Of a stretch of DNA of 64,000 nucleotides, positions 10,676 through 21,380 are shown piece by piece. The notes below the pieces were generated by a model. The model was not told where the DNA came from and did not search any database. It saw nothing but the letters and a program-made list of their open reading frames with translations. The stretch spans positions 96,001 through 160,000 of the forward strand of contig CAVRJY010000002.1 in the NCBI GenBank assembly GCA_963721805.1, given 5' to 3'. Position 1 is the first letter of the stretch. Each line of letters opens with the position of its first letter. Made by a program: the position numbers and the translations under genes. This DNA comes from Nitrospirota bacterium. Lineage in GTDB: Bacteria; Nitrospirota; Thermodesulfovibrionia; Thermodesulfovibrionales; JdFR-86.

Positions 10676-11110
10676 TTACGCCGCTGCCGCGCCTAAGACC
10701 AGCACAGGGCAGGGTGCGTTGCGGATGACCTTCTCGACCGTACGGTCGCCGCCGAACAGCTTTCTGATGATGCCCGGCTTCTCGGCCGCGCCCATCACGA
10801 TCAGGTCGCAGCGCTCCTCAGAGGCGGCCTCGATGATCCTCTCTGAGGGCTCGCCGTGCTCGATGCGGGTCTTTACGAGCGACCGCTCAGAGCGGGCCTC
10901 GCCGTCGATGCTGCAGTATGCAGAGCGCTCTCCGCCGGTCAGCACGTCCTCTATGTCCTTGATGCCGGTCAGGCAGACGTCGCCCTCATACGCGGGCAGG
11001 ACCTTCACGACCGTTACCCAGGTCTGCTCGTCCTGTGCAAGACGCAGCCCGTCATGGAGCACGCCCATCCTGCCGTTTACCGCGATGAGGATCTTCCTGA
11101 CCTGTTTCAC
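10676..11110 (-). CDS. Universal stress protein (single USP domain)
   Basis: VKQVRKILIAVNG...GEPSERIIEAA...DLIVMGA...VIRNAPCPVLV; GTG overlaps the upstream TAG. Confidence 0.8.
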   Translation of the reverse strand: MKQVRKILIAVNGRMGVLHDGLRLAQDEQTWVTVVKVLPAYEGDVCLTGIKDIEDVLTGGERSAYCSIDGEARSERSLVKTRIEHGEPSERIIEAASEERCDLIVMGAAEKPGIIRKLFGGDRTVEKVIRNAPCPVLVLGAAAA

Positions 11111-11978
11111 TACAGTATCCTCCTTGCCACGAGCACCGGGCACGGGGCGTTGATTATGACGTGCTGCGCGGTGCTGCCAAGCAGGGCGCGGTTCATGCCC
11201 CTGTAGCCGTGGCTGCCCATCACGATTATGTCCGCCCCGATCTTCGCTGCGGTCTCGGTGATCACGTCCGCGGCGTTGCCCTCGGCGGTGAGCGTCTTGA
11301 TCTTCATGCCCTTGGCCGAGGCCGCCCCGGAGGCCATCGCCAAAAGCCGCTGCGCCTCTTTGTCCAGGGCCTGCCTTACGCTCTTGGTCTTGATGAAGTC
11401 GATCATCTCCTCGTAGCGCGGGATGACGTACAGCGCGGTCACCTCTCCGCCGTCGAGCTTCGATAGCTCGACCGCGAGTGTCTAGGGCCGCGGCGCTGTA
11501 TGGCGAGCCGTCATATGAGACGAGGGACGAGACGTAGGTGCCGCTGCAGTCCTCGCACGGCTTCTTGACCACGAGGACGTCGCACGAGGAGCTGGTGACG
11601 ACGTGGGCCGTGACGCTGCCCAAAAGCAGGCGCGTTAAGCCCTTGCGGCCGTGAGTGCCGATCACTATCAGGTCGGGCTTCACCTCGGTCGCGACGTCGC
11701 TGATGACGTCGGCGGGCTCGCCCTCGCGTATCACAGTTGTGACCTTCACGCCGGTTGCGGAGGTTACTTCACCGGCCGCGCGCGCGCAGAGCTCCTGCAG
11801 CGTGCTTGATGCGTTTGTCGCGGTGCGTCTTCATGATCCCGAACTCCTCGGTGTCGAAGTACACGGCATGGAGCATGGTGAGTTCGCCGCCGTGCTTCTT
11901 GACCCATAGGGCCGCTTCGCGCAGCGCGGCGCGGCCCTGTTCAGAGCCGTCATAACATGTCAGAAGTTTCTTGTACAT
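11110..11978 (-). CDS. Universal stress protein with tandem USP domains, frameshifted
   Basis: Fragments MYKKLLTCYDGS, DLIVIGTHGRKG...LLGSVT and DIIVMGSHGYRG...LLGSTA in different frames. Confidence 0.8.
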
Positions 11979-11980
11979 GA

Positions 11981-12755
11981 TCAGTGTGACCCCCCGCCGC
12001 CCTTGCCGAATATAAGTCCGACGCCGACGCCCGCGGCAATGGCCGCCGCTATGGATAGCACGCCGTATAAGGCGCCGTTGTTTTTGGCCATGTTCGATAG
12101 GTACTTCACCGACCCGACCTGTTCGACCGTTATGGCGGCGTCCGAGACCTCTACGACCTTGCCGCCGCGCACCGCGTAGACCGTCGCCTTATAGTCGCCG
12201 GGCGGGGCCTGATAGGGCCACTGGGTCATTATGCTGTATTCGGCCTTGCCGTCCTTGGTGCTGACCGTTATGTCGCTGGCGCTCTCGCTATAAAGGCCCG
12301 TCGCCTCCTTGTACTTGACGAACTCGGCCATGAGCGTCATCCTTGCGGGCCGGGTCCTTGAGGTCCTCGATCTCGGCCACGTGGGTCAGGGCCGCGAGGC
12401 CGAGGCCGTACTTCTGGGCCTCCTCGGGGCTGAGTATGTCCTCGACCTTCTTGGTTGCAGTGGATGAAGTAGACGTTCGGGACCTTTGCGAACTCGAACG
12501 ACTCGGTGTTCATCCATAGCACGCCGCCGACCTTGTTCTTGCGCTTCAGGGCGTCCTTCGTCTCCGGGGAGGCTATCTTTATGATCAAGTCCGTATCCGG
12601 GTCGGCTCACGCCCTGGACGCTGACGCTGCTCGCCGTGGTAGAAAAATCCTATCGAAATGTGGTCATGGTCTGTCGAGATCGAAAGCTGGGCCGAGGCCG
12701 TCGAGGCCACGAGCAGCACGAGGGCCGCGATCAGTATTATCATGCGTGTCTTCAT
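11981..12755 (-). CDS. TIGR02186-family membrane protein, frameshifted
   Basis: Signal-like N-terminus, IGFFYHG, KNKVGGVLWMN, PYQAPPGDY, C-terminal TM helix; follows TauE as usual for this family. Confidence 0.7.
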
Positions 12756-12756
12756 A

Positions 12757-13678
12757 TTAGTGGCCGCCTCCGTGCGAAAGCAGAATCTCCGGGGTCAGCG
12801 TGAGGTCGAATATCATCTTGACGGTAACGGCGAGCACGATGCTCGCGAGGATTATCTTCAGCTGGTCGGCCTTGAGCTTGCGGCCGAACACGGTGCCGAT
12901 CTGCGCGCCGAAGGTCGAGCCCAGCAGCAGGATCACCGCGAGGATGAAGTCGACGTTGTGGTTCGTCGTCGCCTGCAGGAACGTGACCTCGATGCAGTTA
13001 AAGAGTATCTGGAAAAGGCTGGTCCCGACGACGACGTGCATCGGCATCCTGAGCATGTAGACCATGACCGGGACCATCAGAAAACCGCCGCCGACGCCCA
13101 TTACGGCCGCAAGCACGCCGACGAACACGCCGAACAGCAGCGGCAGCAGCGCCGAGTGCTTTACGCCGGACTTCTCAAACATGGTCTGAAACGGCAGGGA
13201 CGCCAGGAACTGGCCTATGCCGGACGCCTTCTTCGGGGCCTCGGGGGCCGCGTCTTTCTTTGCGCGTCATCGCCTTGACGGCGTCATAGAACATGTATGC
13301 GCCGACGATGCCGAGCATCAGGACGTACGTGACCTTGATGAGGAAGTCCGCGTTGCCGGTGGCCCTGAGGATCTTGATCGCGTAGACGCCGCCGAAGCCG
13401 CCGAGGAAACCGCCCGCGAGCAGGTAGAGGCCCATCTTGAAGTCCACGTTGCCGACCTTCCAGTGGGCGTATGTGCCCGAGGTCGATGCCGCGACGATCT
13501 GGTTTGAGTCGGTTGCGGCGGCTACGGTCGAGGGGATGCCGAGCATTATAAGCAGCGGGGTCATCAGAAACCCGCCTCCGACCCCGAAGAGGCCGGAGAG
13601 GAGCCCTACAGCGAGCCCCAGCCCCAGCGGTATGAGAACGTTAACACTGGTTAATGCGACTGGCAGGTAAAGGTACAT
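12757..13678 (-). CDS. Sulfite exporter TauE/SafE family permease, frameshifted around 13180-13270
   Basis: GLLSGLFGVGGGFLMTP and GVGGGFLMVP repeats across ORFs 13175-13678 and 12757-13182. Confidence 0.85.
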
Positions 13679-14184
13679 TTAGGCAGCGGCCTCCTTTGTG
13701 GCCGCAGAGGTGCGGCCGTTATTAGTGATCGTGACGATCGGGATTGAGCTGCTTTTCAGCAGCTTTGCCAGGGTGCGGACGCTCTTGCCCCCCGCCGTGG
13801 TTATCGAGGGGCTCAGAATCACCATGTCGATCCCCTTGTTTTTCGCTAGTACGGCCTTGATCGCATCCGGGGCCTCATCGGTCGAGGTCATGACTGCGGG
13901 CTTCATGCCCGGAGTTCTTAAAGAGCGCCTCGATCAGTTTAAGGCCCTCTTCGTTTTGCTTCGTGGCCGGCGTGCCTAGGAGCTCCCTCGCGGTCTCGGT
14001 GCTCTCCGGAGTCGGCGAACGTGATCGCGCTTATCACGGCGTCGAAGCTTTCGCCCAGGGTCTTGCGCCTGAGGAGCAGGACCTCGACCCCCTTGCTGAT
14101 CATCCTTGCCAGGTCCATCGTGTAGGAGAAGCCCTCACTGATGTCCCCGTCGAGGTCCGCTACGAACAAGATGTTTCTGCTCAT
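13679..14184 (-). CDS. Hypothetical protein with USP-like fold, frameshifted
   Basis: ORFs 13939-14184 and 13679-13906 probably form one gene; RBS AGGAGG upstream. Confidence 0.55.
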
Positions 14185-14231
14185 AAGTTTGAAACCTCCT
14201 TATTGAGAGTACGCTTCTGCTTATTAATGGA

Positions 14232-14248
14232 AGCACGATTGATGCCAA
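14232..14248 (-). promoter_or_regulatory. Sigma54 (-24/-12) promoter
   Basis: Minus strand TTGGCATCAATCGTGCT fits GG-N10-GC, about 50 nt upstream of the operon start. Confidence 0.65.
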
Positions 14249-14480
14249 TACCAAACTGCTTGAATAATAATGATTATTTTGAAGGTGCTTAAGCAGCGTT
14301 CATATTATGAACGGTAGGGCGTTTTATGGAAACATCTTGTATTAATTGAAAATTACGGCATATAATGCCGCGATTCTGGCCGAAACGATACTGTTCATAA
14401 TATGAACGTTGAACGGAAGCGGGCGGGGATGCCGCGCCATGTTATTGATTGTCCGGGCGCAAGGGAGTAGAATCATACAT

Positions 14481-15155
14481 ATGACGGTCGAGATATTGCT
14501 GCTTGCGCTGGAATCCGCGCTGCTCGTCTTTACGATAGCGCTCCTGATCCTGAGCCGCAGGGAGGGGAAGGGCCGCGACGCCCTGATCATGCAGGTCACC
14601 TCGGCCATGCGCATGCTCACCCGCCACGAGTACTTCATCAGCGTCATCGACTGCATGATGGACGCTAAGGAGGAGATCGTGGCGAGCATCACCGGCCGCA
14701 TGCCGAGCAACCCCGACGACGCAAAGCGCGTGCGCGAGATCGCCGATACGATCGAGAAGTTCACCTCGCAGGGCGTCATCGTGCGCTACCTGATGCCGAA
14801 GTTCCAGGACCGCCTGCACATGGGCTGGCTCTATACCAAGGCCGGGGCCGAGGTGCGCTACAACAGCTGCCCGAGCTCGCTCGGGTTCCGCTACACGGTC
14901 GTGGACGCGAAGGTCGTGATCGTCGGCATCCCGGAGGAGACCGGGGAGCGCGAGGCCACGCGCAAGGGCGACCGCCTGCCGTCGGAGGAACTCGGCGCCA
15001 TCCTTAAGAAGTACTTCTACGACTGCTGGGACACGCAGGTCACGTTCGAGGCCTACCTGAAAGAGACGATGCTGCACACCGGGGCCTCGGCCAAGACGCT
15101 CAGCCACGAACTGCAGATCGACGAGTCATACCTGGAGCGGATCTCGGCGGATTAG
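14481..15155 (+). CDS. Membrane-anchored hypothetical protein (possible TrmB/PLD-like domain)
   Basis: N-terminal TM helix, host-like codon usage, RYTVVDAKVVIVG segment. Confidence 0.6.
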   Translation: MTVEILLLALESALLVFTIALLILSRREGKGRDALIMQVTSAMRMLTRHEYFISVIDCMMDAKEEIVASITGRMPSNPDDAKRVREIADTIEKFTSQGVIVRYLMPKFQDRLHMGWLYTKAGAEVRYNSCPSSLGFRYTVVDAKVVIVGIPEETGEREATRKGDRLPSEELGAILKKYFYDCWDTQVTFEAYLKETMLHTGASAKTLSHELQIDESYLERISAD

Positions 15156-15697
15156 CGGCCGCCGATCTCCTCCAAGGCGCGCACCAGCTCCACGGTCGCG
15201 TCTCGGTTGAGGTATATCTCCTCCGGTGGGACCATATCAAGGCTCTCTATAACGCGCTCGACCGGCACCTGAAAGGCGCTGGCGAGGGCCGTCGCGGTGA
15301 CAAACAGCTCCTTGCGCCTCATCATGTCCTCGGGTGCGGTGCCCGCACGGGAGAGGGCAATGTCCATGCCCCTCAGGCGCTGCACCGCGGCCCTGATGAC
15401 CGCGGTGACTATCGGAGGGGTCTTTGAGAGTATGGCCTTAAAATCCTCGGCGCTGATCTCGACGAGCTCGGAGTCGGCTATCGCGCGCACCGTCGCGCTC
15501 CTCGTGTGGTCGGGGCTGAATATCGACATCTCGCCCACGATCTCGCCCTCGCCGATCTCGCCCAGTACGATCCTGTGGTCGCCCGCAAGCCGCGTGGCCT
15601 GCAGCCTCCCTGAGCGGACGATATATAGCATCTCGCCCTTCTGGCCCTCGGCGAGCACCGTGTCCCCGGCGCGGTATGTCCTGAGCGGAAAACGCAT
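15152..15697 (-). CDS. Cyclic-nucleotide-binding domain protein
   Basis: EGQKGEMLYIVRSG...GEIVGEMS...RSATVRA. Confidence 0.85.
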   Translation of the reverse strand: MRFPLRTYRAGDTVLAEGQKGEMLYIVRSGRLQATRLAGDHRIVLGEIGEGEIVGEMSIFSPDHTRSATVRAIADSELVEISAEDFKAILSKTPPIVTAVIRAAVQRLRGMDIALSRAGTAPEDMMRRKELFVTATALASAFQVPVERVIESLDMVPPEEIYLNRDATVELVRALEEIGGR

Positions 15698-15731
15698 GGC
15701 TAATTATAGACCTTCCGGCACGCTGAGTGTC

Positions 15732-15920
15732 TCATGAACCGCTCCGTGGCGGCTTGGGTTTGAAGCTCCGGCATTCGCTGCCCGAGGACTCGAACACCAG
15801 CCTTGAGGGCATCTCCTTGGACTTGAACTTCATGGCCTTGCACCCGTGCGGCTTCGCCGGGTCCCACGTGACGACGTAATACGCGCACCTTGTGCACTGC
15901 GGCCGCTTGAGCTCTGCCAT
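15732..15920 (-). CDS. Small four-Cys protein, likely Zn or Fe binding
   Basis: CTRC..YYVVTWDPAKPHGC..FKSK..PS..V..SSGSEC. Confidence 0.65.
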   Translation of the reverse strand: MAELKRPQCTRCAYYVVTWDPAKPHGCKAMKFKSKEMPSRLVFESSGSECRSFKPKPPRSGS

Positions 15921-15978
15921 GGGCAATATAATACACGATTTTTAATGCGGCCGCGGGCGTCTGCTGATATAATCGGCT

Positions 15979-17004
15979 ATGAAGGAAGCACTGCTCTGGG
16001 AGAAGCTCGACCGAGACCGCGTCAAGTGCGCGATGTGCGCCCACCGCTGCACGATCGAGCCAGGCCGCCGCGGGATATGCGGTGTGCGCGAAAACCGGGA
16101 AGGCACGCTCTACTCCCTCGTCTACGGAGTGCTCGTCTCGGGCAACGTCGACCCGATAGAGAAAAAGCCGCTCTTTAACTTCCTTCCCGGCACGAAGTCC
16201 TACTCCATAGCCACGGTCGGCTGCAACCTGCGCTGCGCCCATTGCCAGAACGCGGACATCTCGCAGTTCCCGATCAACGCCGTACCCGGCGAGGAGATGC
16301 CCGGCGAGCGGATGACGCCCGAACAGGTCGTCGCGGCGGCCGAGCGCACCGGATGCGCGAGCATCGCCTACACCTACACAGAGCCCACGATCTTCATGGA
16401 GTTCTGCCTCGACACGGCGAAGCTCGCCCGCGGGCGCGGGATCAGGAACGTCTTCGTGAGCAACGGTTTTATGACGCCCGAGAGCGCCCGCCTCATCGCC
16501 CCTTACCTCGACGCCGACAACATCGACCTCAAGGGCAACGACGAGTTCTACCACAAGGTCTGCAAGGCCCGCCTGGGCCCGGTGCTCGACACGATCCGCC
16601 TGATGAAGGAACTCGGCGTATGGGTCGAGGTGACTACTCTGGTAATCCCCGGCTGGAACGACTCGGACAAGGACCTGACCGAGATCGCCGCGTTCATCCA
16701 TTCCGTGGACCCGGCGATGCCCTGGCACGTTACCGGGTTTTATCCCACATACCACATGCTCGACCGGCCCTCGACACCGGTCGAGACGCTCAGGCGCGCA
16801 CGCAAGATCGGCATTGACGCGGGGCTCAAATACGTATATGAGGGCAACAGGCCGGGGGAGGGCGGGGAGAACACGTATTGTCCCCAATGCCACGAACTCC
16901 TGATCGAGCGGATGGGATTCTATTTGTCCCGCATCGCTCTCATGAACGGGAAGTGCCCGAAGTGCGGGACTCTCCAATCTGGCGTGTGGGGTTCTGATAC
17001 CTAA
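15979..17004 (+). CDS. amrS: AmmeMemoRadiSam system radical SAM enzyme
   Basis: CAMCAHRC..., DPIEKKPL, CNLRCAHCQN (CxxxCxxC), AYTYTEP, C-terminal CPQC/CPKC. Confidence 0.9.
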   Translation: MKEALLWEKLDRDRVKCAMCAHRCTIEPGRRGICGVRENREGTLYSLVYGVLVSGNVDPIEKKPLFNFLPGTKSYSIATVGCNLRCAHCQNADISQFPINAVPGEEMPGERMTPEQVVAAAERTGCASIAYTYTEPTIFMEFCLDTAKLARGRGIRNVFVSNGFMTPESARLIAPYLDADNIDLKGNDEFYHKVCKARLGPVLDTIRLMKELGVWVEVTTLVIPGWNDSDKDLTEIAAFIHSVDPAMPWHVTGFYPTYHMLDRPSTPVETLRRARKIGIDAGLKYVYEGNRPGEGGENTYCPQCHELLIERMGFYLSRIALMNGKCPKCGTLQSGVWGSDT

Positions 17005-17026
17005 GTCTGTTATCGTGACTTTCTTC

Positions 17027-17207
17027 AAAGCGCACCAAATCGCTTGATACTGCGTTGGGCATCAAAGACTCGCCCTCTATGTACGCCCAAGTACACCATC
17101 GGGCGGTCTTCTCGCCCTGCCTTGTCTTAAGCCGATTTGGGCGCGCTTTCGGGGGTGTGGAAGCCAACATACGCCCCCCGGCCCCCCAAGGTCAAAGGCA
17201 TGATTGG
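17027..17207 (+). repeat. Dispersed palindromic repeat, copy B
   Basis: AAAGCGCACCAAATCGCTTGATACTGCGT...CGATTTGGGCGCGCTTTC, tail GGTCAAAGGCATGAT. Confidence 0.85.
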
Positions 17208-17244
17208 AATAGGCAACTCGTGAGACAGTAACCGCGCTCCGTCT

Positions 17245-17368
17245 GAAAGCGAGCGATATTTCGGCAGACAAGGAACGCCGAGGAAAACGTCCGAAGGTGT
17301 ACTGATTGTACATCGAGGACGGATTTCCGAGGCAGTGACGCAGTATCCCGGAATTGCAGCCGCTTTCA
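17245..17368 (-). repeat. Dispersed palindromic repeat, copy C (inverted, core only)
   Basis: CAGACAAGGAA...GTAC..GTAC...TGACGCAGTATC is the reverse complement of the core. Confidence 0.75.
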
Positions 17369-17649
17369 GCGCGCTTAGGCATATATACGCATACCCCGCG
17401 CGCGCGCCTTTTATTTTATAGTGTTCGGATGTCAGCGTTAAAACGGCCCTAACATTGCGGAAAACAACGCTATTATGGGTTCCACCCTGTTCGGATGTTC
17501 GGATGTTTTTGACCGAAAAAAGGGTAATGTTCGAGTCCAGTTTTGCGGTTGGTTTAAGTCCGTAATCGTTCCCAATCTCCGGCGTTATTAAATTGGTGTT
17601 TTTGTATATCACGCGCGAGGATAGAACGCAAAAGCGGAACCCGTCAATG

Positions 17650-17703
17650 GGAACTGGTTCCTAGGAACCAGTTCCATGGAACCAGTTCCTAGGAGTTGGT
17701 TCC
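17650..17703. repeat. Four 12-bp palindromic boxes GGAAC-NN-GTTCC at 14-bp period
   Basis: Boxes at 17650, 17664, 17678 and a degenerate one at 17692. Confidence 0.9.
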
Positions 17704-17706
17704 GCT

Positions 17707-18906
17707 TGTAAAGGTTACGCTCTTACCGGACAGTATCAGGCTGGAAAAAGCAGGCGGCAGCCAGCCCTTCCATCGGTTAGAATGTTTCACCACAAAACAC
17801 AGACCGAAGGAGGAAGGGCATGACTGCCAAAGAAAAGATATCACAAGGGAGGCTTTCAATGCTTCAGCTGGCCGAGAGGCTCAGGAACGTGTCGGAGGCC
17901 TGTCGCCGCCGGGGGGTGAGCCGCAGCCAGTTTTACGAGTACAAGCGGGCGTTTCAGGAGCAGGGGTTTGCGGGGCTCGCGGACCTTCCGCCGATAGCGC
18001 GTAGCTGTCCCCACAAGACGCCTGAGGAGGCCCGCAAGCGAGTGATCGAGATGAGCCTTGCTCACCCCCGGTGGGGGAAGCAGCGCATCTTCGAGCACCT
18101 GCTTCTGGAGGGCATATTGGTGCGTCCCTCAACTGTGTATCGCATCCAGGTTCGCGAGGGGCTGGAGTCGAAGGCCAAGCGCATCCTCCGGCTTGAGCAG
18201 GAGGCTAACGGCAAGGAGATCGAGCTAACGGAGGAGCAGGTCAAGCTCATCGAGCGGGCCAATCCGTGCTTCAGGGAAAGGCATGTGGAGAGCGCATATC
18301 CGGGCTATCTGCTCAGCCAGGACACCTTCACGGTGGGCAAGCTCAAGGGCATCGGGACCGTGTATCTGCAGGCCGTGGTGGACACGTACGGCTCTTATGC
18401 CTTCGGCAAGCTGTACACGTCGAAGAGGCCCGAGACGGCGGCCGACGTGCTCTACGACCGCGTGCTGCCGTTTTACGAGGACCATGGCATCAGGGTCCAG
18501 CATGTCCTGACGGACAACGGCTCGGAGTACTGCGGCAAGCTGCTGCGGCATCCGTACGAGCTGTTTCTGGCGCTTCACGACATCGCGCATCGAAGGACGA
18601 AGGTGGCGACACCGAGGACAAACGGATTCGTGGAGCGGTTTAATCGCACCATCCTGGACGAGTTCTTCTCGGAGACGTTCAGGTACCGGTTCTACGCATC
18701 GCTCGATGAGCTGCAGTATGACCTCGACCGGTGGCTGCACCACTACAACAACGAGCGCCCTCACAAGGGCTATCGCAACATGGGCAGACGGCCAATAGAA
18801 ACTATCGAGCTGGGCAAAAAGCTAAGACAGAAAGCTGAGGAGGAGGCCGCCTGATCAGTGCGACCGATGAGATGGAAAACTGTCCGGAGAGCACTGGACT
18901 TTTACA
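17707..18906 (+). mobile_element. IS481-family insertion sequence, apparently intact
   Basis: 28-bp imperfect TIRs TGTAAAGG...CCGGACAGT / ACTGTCCGG...TTTTACA (20/28 match); flanking direct repeat TTCCGCT at 17700-17706 and 18907-18913. Confidence 0.9.
17820..18854 (+). CDS. IS481-family DDE transposase (HTH + rve)
   Basis: NVSEACRRRGVSRSQFY, SQDTF, VLTDNGSEYCG, PRTNGFVERFNRTILDEF. Confidence 0.95.
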   Translation: MTAKEKISQGRLSMLQLAERLRNVSEACRRRGVSRSQFYEYKRAFQEQGFAGLADLPPIARSCPHKTPEEARKRVIEMSLAHPRWGKQRIFEHLLLEGILVRPSTVYRIQVREGLESKAKRILRLEQEANGKEIELTEEQVKLIERANPCFRERHVESAYPGYLLSQDTFTVGKLKGIGTVYLQAVVDTYGSYAFGKLYTSKRPETAADVLYDRVLPFYEDHGIRVQHVLTDNGSEYCGKLLRHPYELFLALHDIAHRRTKVATPRTNGFVERFNRTILDEFFSETFRYRFYASLDELQYDLDRWLHHYNNERPHKGYRNMGRRPIETIELGKKLRQKAEEEAA

Positions 18907-18986
18907 TTCCGCTAACGGCGTGGTCGGAGGGCCAACAATTTTTCTTTCCCTTTCATTCCCAATACACAGCGATGTAAAATAGATGC

Positions 18987-20447
18987 ATGTTGGCCAATAT
19001 TGACTCGATGAGGATTGAAGCCTCTTCACGACTTCATCCAACTAGAAAATCAGCCTTGGGACAATTCATGACCCCAAATTCAATCGCCGAGTTTATGGTT
19101 ACACTTTTTAACAAATTCGATAAAGATATACGGCTATTGGATGCAGGTGCGGGAATAGGTTCACTTTCCCTTGCGTTCCTTGATAAAGCTATTTCTAATG
19201 CAGCCTCAATTCATATAGATGCATGGGAAATGGAACAGATACTATTGCCGTATTTGAAATCAAATTTAATTCATTATCAAAAAGAAGCAATGTATAATGG
19301 TGCGCTTTTGCAGTTCAATATTCATGATGATGATTTCATTGAGAATGCAGTTTTGAGTTTAGCCGCCAACAGGAGCAGCCAATACACCCATTGCATTATT
19401 AATCCTCCGTACAAAAAGATAAACTCTAATTCAAAGCATAGGTTTCTTTTGCGGAAATTAGGCATAGAAACAGTCAACCTCTATACAGCTTTTCTTGCTC
19501 TATGTATTCGGCAGCTTCAAAGTAAAGGGCAATTAGTTGCGATAGTACCGCGCAGTTTTTGCAATGGCACATACTATAAACCATTTAGACAGCTTCTTCT
19601 TGAAACCTGCTGCATTTCTCATATCCATGTATTTGAGTCAAGAAAAAAAGCATTCAAGGACGAAGGTGTATTGCAGGAGAACATTATTGTTAAACTCATT
19701 AAGAATCGTCCTCAATCAAAGATTAGAATTTCATCATCTCACGATGATAGCTTTTTAGATTACACTGTTCGTGAGGTTGAGGCGAATGATGTAATAATGA
19801 ATGGAGAGACTGATTATTTTATCCGCATACCAATAAAATCAAAACCTGTGACAAGTTCACCCCTATTCGAGTACTCACTTGGTCAGCTTCTACTCGGGGT
19901 CTCTACTGGGCCAGTGGTTGATTTTAGGGTTAAAGAATATTGCTCTAATAAGCCCAATAGCAAATCTGTTCCATTGCTATATCCAAAGCACTTCTCCAAT
20001 GGTGAACTTATTCATCCAAAGGAAATAAAAAAGCCAAGTTGGATCACATTAAATTCTGAAACAAGCAAATGGTTGATGCCGAAAGGCTTCTATACTCTTG
20101 TGAAACGTTTTTCTGCGAAAGAAGAAAAAAAGAGAATTGTCGCCTATGTTGTAAATCCAAATGAATTAATAGGAGACTATTTTGGATTCGAAAATCATTT
20201 CAATATATTTCATGTCAATAAACATGGCTTAGATGAGAACATGGCATACGGACTTGCTTTGTTTCTCAACTCATCCTTAGTCGATAACTATTTCAGAACT
20301 TTTTCAGGACATACCCAAGTTAATGCAAATGATTTACGTTTAATCAAATATCCAAGTAAGAGGTTATTGATGGAGCTTGGCAGAAAGTATAAACATAAGA
20401 TACTTACTCAAACACAAATAGACCAAGCAATTTCCATCAATGAGTAA
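18987..20447 (+). CDS. Type II N6-adenine DNA methyltransferase, BsuBI/PstI-like
   Basis: LGQFMTP, LDAGAGIG (motif I), NPPY (motif IV), VSTGPVVDFR, RTFSGHTQVNA; AT-rich. Confidence 0.9.
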   Translation: MLANIDSMRIEASSRLHPTRKSALGQFMTPNSIAEFMVTLFNKFDKDIRLLDAGAGIGSLSLAFLDKAISNAASIHIDAWEMEQILLPYLKSNLIHYQKEAMYNGALLQFNIHDDDFIENAVLSLAANRSSQYTHCIINPPYKKINSNSKHRFLLRKLGIETVNLYTAFLALCIRQLQSKGQLVAIVPRSFCNGTYYKPFRQLLLETCCISHIHVFESRKKAFKDEGVLQENIIVKLIKNRPQSKIRISSSHDDSFLDYTVREVEANDVIMNGETDYFIRIPIKSKPVTSSPLFEYSLGQLLLGVSTGPVVDFRVKEYCSNKPNSKSVPLLYPKHFSNGELIHPKEIKKPSWITLNSETSKWLMPKGFYTLVKRFSAKEEKKRIVAYVVNPNELIGDYFGFENHFNIFHVNKHGLDENMAYGLALFLNSSLVDNYFRTFSGHTQVNANDLRLIKYPSKRLLMELGRKYKHKILTQTQIDQAISINE

Positions 20448-21380
20448 AAAGCAACGAATAAAAGAAGCGCTTAGCATTTTAGCTGACCTTGGAATGCCAC
20501 GTGCGCAATTGAATGAACGGAGTGCACTCTGTCTTTTGGCCTTATTAAATTTGCGCCCCGACAAAGGTTGGGCTTCGTCGGAAAGCCCTCTTATCGGAAT
20601 TACTCCGATTATGGATTGGAGCAGAGATTTTTATGGTACACATTATGCGCCGAATACACGAGAAACATTTCGAAGGCAAACAATACACCAATTCATTCAG
20701 GCTGGGATTGCATTGATAAATCCAGATAAGCTTGACAGAGCAGTGAATAGCCCTCACACTGTATATCAGATAGAGCCTCAGCTATTGAATATACTAAAAC
20801 AGTTTGGGACTAAGCGCTATAGAACGCAACTCGCGTCTTTTCAAGAAAAACGACCCTCTTTAGCAAAGCAATATGCTAAGAATAGAGATATGCTACAAAT
20901 TCCCGTCAAGTTAACCGATAAATTGGAGATTCGGCTAAGTGCTGGGCATCATAGCCAGCTTATTACGGCTATCATTGAAGAATTTGCTTCTAGATTCGTC
21001 CCTGGCGGGATTCCGATTTATGTGGGTGACACAGGGGATAAATTTGCATATTTTGATGAGGTAAAGTTATCCGGCCTTGGAGTGCAAACGGACAACCACG
21101 GCAAAATGCCTGATGTTGTGATTTATTACCGTGAAAAAAACTGGCTTGTTCTTGTAGAGGCTGTTACAAGCCATGGGCCTATGGATGGGAAGCGGCATCT
21201 TGAACTTTCAGAGTTATTTAACAAATGTTCCGCTGGTTTAGTGTTTGTTTCAGCATTTCCTGATAAAAAACGATGAATAAATACCTTGAAGTAATTGCTT
21301 GGGAGACGGAAGTATGGATAGCCGATAATCCAACACATTTAATTCATTTTAACGGTATAAGATTCTTAGGCCCATACTGA
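20440..21380 (+). CDS. BsuBI/PstI-family type II restriction endonuclease, frameshift in an A6 run at about 21265-21270
   Basis: [29 protein letters not shown]; the remainder IAWETEVW...HLIHFNG.RFLGPY* lies in a shifted frame ending at 21380. Confidence 0.9.

Noticed and set aside
10676..11749. 357-aa ORF as a single multi-USP fusion
   Set aside because: Its middle is out-of-frame nonsense; it results from a frameshift joining parts of two USP genes
17127..17612. 161-aa minus-strand ORF
   Set aside because: Its 3' half runs through repeat copies B and C and it has no recognisable motifs; at most a gene remnant
17650..17703. Palindromic boxes as a mini-CRISPR or LexA boxes
   Set aside because: Only 2-nt spacers; the spacing does not fit GAAC-N4-GTTC
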